Assembly: GCA_024653945.1 (NCBI GenBank)
Contig: JANLIT010000003.1
Location: forward strand, 162,936 to 226,935
Direction: 5' to 3'
Source of the DNA: Candidatus Campbellbacteria bacterium
GTDB lineage: Bacteria > Patescibacteriota > Minisyncoccia > Phycocordibacterales > EsbW-18
Length of the DNA: 64,000 bases
The translations under genes were made by a program, and so were the position numbers. Under the pieces are notes generated by a model. That model ran no database searches and had not been told where the DNA came from. It saw nothing but the letters and a program-made list of their open reading frames with translations. Every line of letters starts with the position of its first letter. The stretch's first letter is position 1. Of this stretch, positions 58,990-64,000 are shown piece by piece.

Positions 58990-61900
58990 CTAGATTTCAG
59001 ACTCAGGTTCGGGAGTAGGCTCTGGTTCAGGTTCTGTGACAGGTTCCTCATCGGGAGTGGGTCCTGGAGTTAGTTCGGGTTCAGGTGTTGGTTCCGGCTC
59101 GGGTTCGGACTCGGGAAGAACTTCAGGATCTGGGTCAGGAATTACCTCAGGGTCTGGCACAACTTCGGGTTCAGGGATTATTTCAGGGTCTGGCTCGGGA
59201 AGAACTTCTGGTTCAGGTTCTGAGACAGGTTCTGAGACAGGTTCTTCCTCTGGTGCTGGTTCGGGTAGAACAATCTCGCCCAATCCTTCAGATTCAATCG
59301 TTCGCGCCCCTTTCACCGCAAGAGCTATCCAGTTGAACATTATGTCTTCCTCGGCTGGTTTGTTGAGGATAATAGTGAATCCTGTTGTAGACGCAGTATC
59401 AATAAGGAATCGTACGTCATTTCCAAAGAACGCTTGAATAACGGCCGCGCTCGCACCGTCTCCAGCTGAAATTCCATCAGATGTTGACATACTTGCGTTC
59501 ACCACCGGTTTCTCAAGATACTCTCTCTCGAATGGAATGTACACCTCGGAATCACCTTCCTGTATTATAGCGAATCCGGCAGTATCCGTTGTAAAGTACG
59601 GAGTTCCAAAGAAGATGACATCCGATTCAAAAAGTACCTGATCATTGAGTGCCGACACTGTATCGACAGTCAAACCTTCTGTAATGACATGTGGTGTGTA
59701 GATTTCAAACGCCGCAACAAGTCGGTCGGTAAATATCTCAGAATCAAGCTCTATGTCTCCACCTATACGTGCATCCTTAAGATATTCAAGGATTTGATGT
59801 GCCCCATCTTCTTCATCTTCATCATTAAGAATCTGCCCGGGTGTTGTTGTCGCGACTGTTTCAACAAGTGTAAACCCTTCGTTGCAAAGCCCATCGGCAT
59901 TTGTGCTCGTTGCTGTGCCAGTTTCATCAACACATGATGCAACAACCGCCGGTTCACCGACCACAAGACCTTCCTCCATCTCACTCATAAGAACAGACAG
60001 TGACATACCTGAGTAGTCAACGAGGTTGACGAAGACAAGTACCTGTCCACACTGTTTGCTTCCCTCTTCTGCATCAGGACAATCAACACGCATCTCAGGT
60101 GTAAAGTCCTCCATCACAACTCCAAGTACCCTGCCAGCCTTTGTTGCACGCATACCATATCCAGCACGTGATGATGTCGTAATACGATCCCCTGCTTTAA
60201 TTGAGCCGTTTTCAAGCGAAACGTTCACTGGCACACGACCGACAAGTGCAACAGGAAATGTATTTTCTGTCTGGGGACCGAGGATAATTCCAGGGTATGT
60301 TGCAACAACACCAATAACATCTCGTTGATATGTCTCCGTTGATGCCTTGACTCCGTTCGGAATTGCAGTATCAAGCCCAACGATTGTACCTGCTGTAAGT
60401 GCTTCTTGTGATGGATAGTACTCAGCAAGGTCAGCACCTCCGAGAAATCCTCCTTCTGGGGTTGTTCCAAGAAGTCCGTCCACCAAAAGCTCCATCGCAA
60501 TTGAGTTCAAGTTGTTGTTGATGAGGTCAATGGTTTGTTCAAGACTTTGATCCACTTTTTCAAGCCACAAGTGCTGTAGTGAGCCAATAGCAAGTGTTCC
60601 GTTAACTGCACCAATCGCCGTAACATCATCCGCGTCTCCCGCTGACCATGCAACCCCCGCATCAGTCGTCTTTCCTGCGTTTCCATGATATACATCTGTC
60701 ACATATGTATTTCCATACCCTTGGAACACGGTAACACCACCAACGTCCGAGCCATTACTTGTTCCCACATACATTTGTCGCATTTTTCCAATAAACGCGT
60801 TCTCAAAGACGGAAATTGACGTAACAGAGTCTGTGCCACCATAGAGTTGTTCTGGAATAACTTCAAAGTCTGATGTTGCATCAGGCGTTGTCGTCCATGC
60901 TGGAGAGACAGTAAGTGTTGTTGCGGTATTCGAGATGACCCGACGAGTTTGGTCAACACCAGTGTTTCCCGTAATCTCAACCAAACTCCCTGCAAACTGA
61001 TTAGGAGTCCACCCAGCACCTGTCTTTCCAATAGTTGTTCCAGAGAAGATATCTCCGTCTGTTTGGCGAGTTGAACTTCGTGATAATGCCTGCCTACCAG
61101 CAGCGTATTTACGTTTTACCTGTGCTTGTATGAGCGAACTGTCGGTTGTGGCGGCGGCGGCTGCAAAGTACACATCATCAATTTCTCCTGCCCAGAAGTC
61201 TGCTCCGGCCGCACCACCACCGTCGGCGCCAATAAAAAGAGGCTGTGAGGCGTCAAGAGTAAGTGTCGCTGCAAGTGTCGCATCACAGGCTACTGCAAGA
61301 CGGCCATCAATATACAGACAGATGGAGATGTCTGTGTTGACCGCCACAAGGTGGTGCCATTGGCCATCCGCGTAATCAAGCGTTGATATGACAGAGTCGT
61401 CGTATCCCGCCGTTGCCGCTGTGTCTTGAATACCATACACAATCTGTCCAGATGTATTCATTTCAACTCGATATCCAATACCCTCCGTACCGTTTAATGC
61501 GGTGTATCGCCTATCAACAAGCACATCGTTCGTGGTAACGGGATTTGTCGCGGAGTGCTTGAACCACAATTCAATCGTGGATGAGAGCAAACCGACGTTA
61601 AAGTCCGCGTCCGTGTCGCAGGTACCGTCATTGTTTGCATCAGAACACAGGTAATCACTCGTTCCATTGAATGAAAGACCTGTTCCGTACACACCGTCAA
61701 CACTATATGTTGGTGGGTCTTCCGCCTCAAGGATACTGTTTCGTATCGTGGAGTCTGTAAGGTCACCTGTTGTTTCATCAAAACCAAAGTATCCACGCGG
61801 TGTTCCTGACATATACCCTGTTTCACGGCTCGTTGAATAGAATTTTGACCATCCTATGTTTGTTGCACTCACCACTGCAATGTCATGAATTTGAGTCAAC

Positions 61901-63303
61901 CCTTGGCTGTGTCCAACAAACAAAACCTCTCCTTTTCCTGTTGTCTCAAGAATATCAGCATACGATTCACGCTCAAGAACCCAGAATGCATCGGGGTTTG
62001 TTGAAAATGTTGGAGCTGTCTTAAAGGCATGCGGTGTGTTTGCCGCCTGTTCATCCCAAATATCATTTGGTGCGTTGTCAATTGCGGTCGCGACTTCAAT
62101 ATCATCATAACGCTCAATTTCAGCAAGTGTCTCGTTAGTGAGATACAAACGTCCTCTCTTTGTGACCCATACTTGGTTTGTGTCGTCAGTAGCGGCACCG
62201 TCAGCGTAGCGAATAACTCTTCCTGCTGAAAGGTTAATGAGTGCCACCGATTGATCTGTTGCAGCGGCAATGAAGGTATTACCGTTCACCGCCAAGTTCA
62301 CACCACCTGTTGAACCTGATATGACAGCCCCGTGGACATCGTTAACAATGTTGTCTGTAATTGATAGATCAGTAATGGCATTTGTTGCATACGTAATAGC
62401 AGTGTTTCTCTTGGCTATGTCTTGATCGCCTTGTGTTCGGTCAACAGAGTCATAGTTAAAGAGTCGGTCTTGGAAGAAATCAAAAGCATACAGACCAGTA
62501 CCGCCCGTACCGTTTGTACCAACATACACAACACCATTGAGTGCAAAGACACCAGACGGGTTGTTGTTTGTGTCGGTTCCAAGGGCAAACGTACCACCCG
62601 TTTGTGTAAATCGCATCCACATGATATTTGTCATTGCATCAAAGATGTAGACATCAGTTGGCGTGGAAACGATAACCGCCTTTTTCGGGAATGAGGACGT
62701 TCCACAACGATCATCTGTTGTGGGAACACAAGGATCCCCAATTGCATCGTCCTTCGCTTCTATGTACCAGCTTTTTCCTATTGCCAAAAGATCGTTGGTC
62801 CATTTACCGGCATCGCTGTCCCTCGTTGTGTCGTATACGAATATCGAGTTAATCGTAGGAATTGATGTACTTGCGGTAAATCCTTTTTTGATGATTTCAC
62901 CGTACACCTCAATATCTGCGCGTGTTGTTTGGCTTCCCACATCCACAGCACCATTTTCCGCAACTGAGAAGAGGTCAGAACCCGCATCATCTTCAATAAG
63001 GAGCGGATACCCCGTCACTTGCGACTGGTCAACGAGAATATGAAGTCCATTACCTGTATTCGCGTTTGCATCCACAGCATCCATGGTGATTTGAAGAGCA
63101 TCCCCTGAAAACGTACCTCCCGTTGCTGAGTTTGCGGTAAGCTGCAACAAATCATGCGTCATTGCTGAACCTGCGGTTTCGGTAATCACAACAGGTGTCG
63201 CTGCCGCTGTCTCAATTGTTGCACCCGTATCGTATGCAGTCTGTAAACTACCCCCCCTCCAGCTGATGATGTTGCTGCGGCTATCCATGCTCCAGCACTC
63301 CAC
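58990..63303 (-). CDS. giant secreted surface protein with LamG domain and C-terminal Pro/Glu-rich (PEPE/PxPE) repeats
   Basis: 1437 aa; LamG-like ..[33 protein letters not shown]..; C-terminal [21 protein letters not shown].. repeats. Confidence 0.6.
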   Translation of the reverse strand: MECWSMDSRSNIISWRGGSLQTAYDTGATIETAAATPVVITETAGSAMTHDLLQLTANSATGGTFSGDALQITMDAVDANANTGNGLHILVDQSQVTGYPLLIEDDAGSDLFSVAENGAVDVGSQTTRADIEVYGEIIKKGFTASTSIPTINSIFVYDTTRDSDAGKWTNDLLAIGKSWYIEAKDDAIGDPCVPTTDDRCGTSSFPKKAVIVSTPTDVYIFDAMTNIMWMRFTQTGGTFALGTDTNNNPSGVFALNGVVYVGTNGTGGTGLYAFDFFQDRLFNYDSVDRTQGDQDIAKRNTAITYATNAITDLSITDNIVNDVHGAVISGSTGGVNLAVNGNTFIAAATDQSVALINLSAGRVIRYADGAATDDTNQVWVTKRGRLYLTNETLAEIERYDDIEVATAIDNAPNDIWDEQAANTPHAFKTAPTFSTNPDAFWVLERESYADILETTGKGEVLFVGHSQGLTQIHDIAVVSATNIGWSKFYSTSRETGYMSGTPRGYFGFDETTGDLTDSTIRNSILEAEDPPTYSVDGVYGTGLSFNGTSDYLCSDANNDGTCDTDADFNVGLLSSTIELWFKHSATNPVTTNDVLVDRRYTALNGTEGIGYRVEMNTSGQIVYGIQDTAATAGYDDSVISTLDYADGQWHHLVAVNTDISICLYIDGRLAVACDATLAATLTLDASQPLFIGADGGGAAGADFWAGEIDDVYFAAAAATTDSSLIQAQVKRKYAAGRQALSRSSTRQTDGDIFSGTTIGKTGAGWTPNQFAGSLVEITGNTGVDQTRRVISNTATTLTVSPAWTTTPDATSDFEVIPEQLYGGTDSVTSISVFENAFIGKMRQMYVGTSNGSDVGGVTVFQGYGNTYVTDVYHGNAGKTTDAGVAWSAGDADDVTAIGAVNGTLAIGSLQHLWLEKVDQSLEQTIDLINNNLNSIAMELLVDGLLGTTPEGGFLGGADLAEYYPSQEALTAGTIVGLDTAIPNGVKASTETYQRDVIGVVATYPGIILGPQTENTFPVALVGRVPVNVSLENGSIKAGDRITTSSRAGYGMRATKAGRVLGVVMEDFTPEMRVDCPDAEEGSKQCGQVLVFVNLVDYSGMSLSVLMSEMEEGLVVGEPAVVASCVDETGTATSTNADGLCNEGFTLVETVATTTPGQILNDEDEEDGAHQILEYLKDARIGGDIELDSEIFTDRLVAAFEIYTPHVITEGLTVDTVSALNDQVLFESDVIFFGTPYFTTDTAGFAIIQEGDSEVYIPFEREYLEKPVVNASMSTSDGISAGDGASAAVIQAFFGNDVRFLIDTASTTGFTIILNKPAEEDIMFNWIALAVKGARTIESEGLGEIVLPEPAPEEEPVSEPVSEPEPEVLPEPDPEIIPEPEVVPDPEVIPDPDPEVLPESEPEPEPTPEPELTPGPTPDEEPVTEPEPEPTPEPESEI

Positions 63304-64000
63304 ATAAGCACTTGTCCTGGTGTTGCATTTCCTGCACTGGCAATAGTTGATGACGCGGTAATGTAATAGTCAGCCGATGTTGTTGAGAAGGCTCCATCTG
63401 CGGCACCAATAATGTTGAGTGTGGATGTTGCGACCGAAACCCACTTGCTTCCATTCCAAGAAATAAGGTTGCCAGAGGTGATGCCTGATGGATTTGCGAT
63501 TGTTGACGATGCGTTGATATATGTAGCAACTCGGGTGTCAGTGTAGAAAAGATTGGTGGCGCCGAGAGTAATATCGTCAGCAAGAATTTTGAATGTTGAT
63601 GTTGCAGCAGAAATCCACGCGCTTCCGTTCCACGAAATAACATTGCCTGTTATTGCATTACCCGCATGAGCAATGGTGCTTGATGCCCCAATGTAATAGT
63701 CGGCTGATGTTGTTGAGAATGTTCCGTCACCAACAGCTGTGATGTTGAGTGTTGAGGTGGCAACAGAGACCCATTTCGTTCCATTCCACTGGATGAGATT
63801 GCCTGAGGTTATACCACTTGGATTGGCAATGGTACTTGATGCATTGATATATGTGGCAACACGAGTATCCGTGTAGAAAAGGTTGGTGGCACCCAGCGTG
63901 ATGTCGTCAGCAAGAATCTTAAATGTGGAGGTTGCGGCCGATATCCACGCACTTCCATTCCAAGAAATGACGTTTCCTGTTACCGCATTCCCCACATGTG
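63186..64000 (-). CDS. 3' part of an upstream ORF (partial) with ~122-aa tandem repeats; probably the N-terminal portion of the same giant gene, joined by a frameshift
   Basis: ORF overlaps 58990..63303 by 117 nt in another frame; nucleotide tandem repeat of ~366 bp (63300..64000); repeat ..[60 protein letters not shown].. Confidence 0.4.
   Translation of the reverse strand, partial: HVGNAVTGNVISWNGSAWISAATSTFKILADDITLGATNLFYTDTRVATYINASSTIANPSGITSGNLIQWNGTKWVSVATSTLNITAVGDGTFSTTSADYYIGASSTIAHAGNAITGNVISWNGSAWISAATSTFKILADDITLGATNLFYTDTRVATYINASSTIANPSGITSGNLISWNGSKWVSVATSTLNIIGAADGAFSTTSADYYITASSTIASAGNATPGQVLMWSAGAWIAAATSSAGGGVVYRLHTIRVQQLRQRQRHLL

Overview
The window is about 64 kb of low-GC (~42-45%) DNA from a small-genome bacterium with dense, mostly minus-strand coding. 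The gene content is reminiscent of Patescibacteria/CPR-like lineages: many secreted or membrane-anchored hypothetical proteins, a type IV pilus locus with comF, and a tRNA interrupted by a group I intron. That placement is inference only.

Core genes recognised:
- DNA metabolism and repair: rmuC, ftsK, recA, ssb, ligA, recO, an HhH-GPD glycosylase and a TatD nuclease.
- Translation: efp, the rpsF-ssb-rpsR operon, gatC-gatA, a GatB/YqeY protein and ileS.
- Other: a P-type cation ATPase, an AI-2E family transporter, msrB and comF.
- A complete type IV pilus locus (31010..43328, minus strand): a pseudopilin-like LamG protein, three tandem pilin paralogs, pilD, pilA, pilC, pilT, pilB, a small protein, pilO, pilN and pilM.

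RNA genes:
- tRNA-Thr(CGU).
- tRNA-Thr(GGU) carrying a 201-nt group I intron in the anticodon loop, with a LAGLIDADG-like endonuclease ORF immediately upstream.
- Two tRNA-Met/Ile2(CAU), tRNA-Asp(GUC) and tRNA-Ser(GCU).
- A degenerate tRNA-like copy beside tRNA-Ser, plus tRNA 3'-end fragments.

Accessory or unusual content:
- A ~40-bp duplication of the rmuC 3' end bracketing a higher-GC foreign ORF (4053..4595) beside tRNA-Met.
- Two GC-rich segments that look horizontally acquired: 27850..28660 and 47341..48150, the latter an OMP-like beta-barrel ORF.
- ileS with an inserted histidine-phosphatase (PGAM-like) domain.
- A membrane protein with a C-terminal HEPN-like domain next to a large surface protein.
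- A dockerin-bearing surface protein beside two candidate cohesin-like paralogs.
- Several repeat families in intergenic regions: tRNA leader repeats, pilin 5' repeats containing heptamer tandem repeats, a CGAAAT heptad element upstream of ssb and recO, and tandem 50-bp repeats upstream of pilA.
- A compact GC-rich structured element upstream of ftsK.

No rRNA and no CRISPR array were seen.
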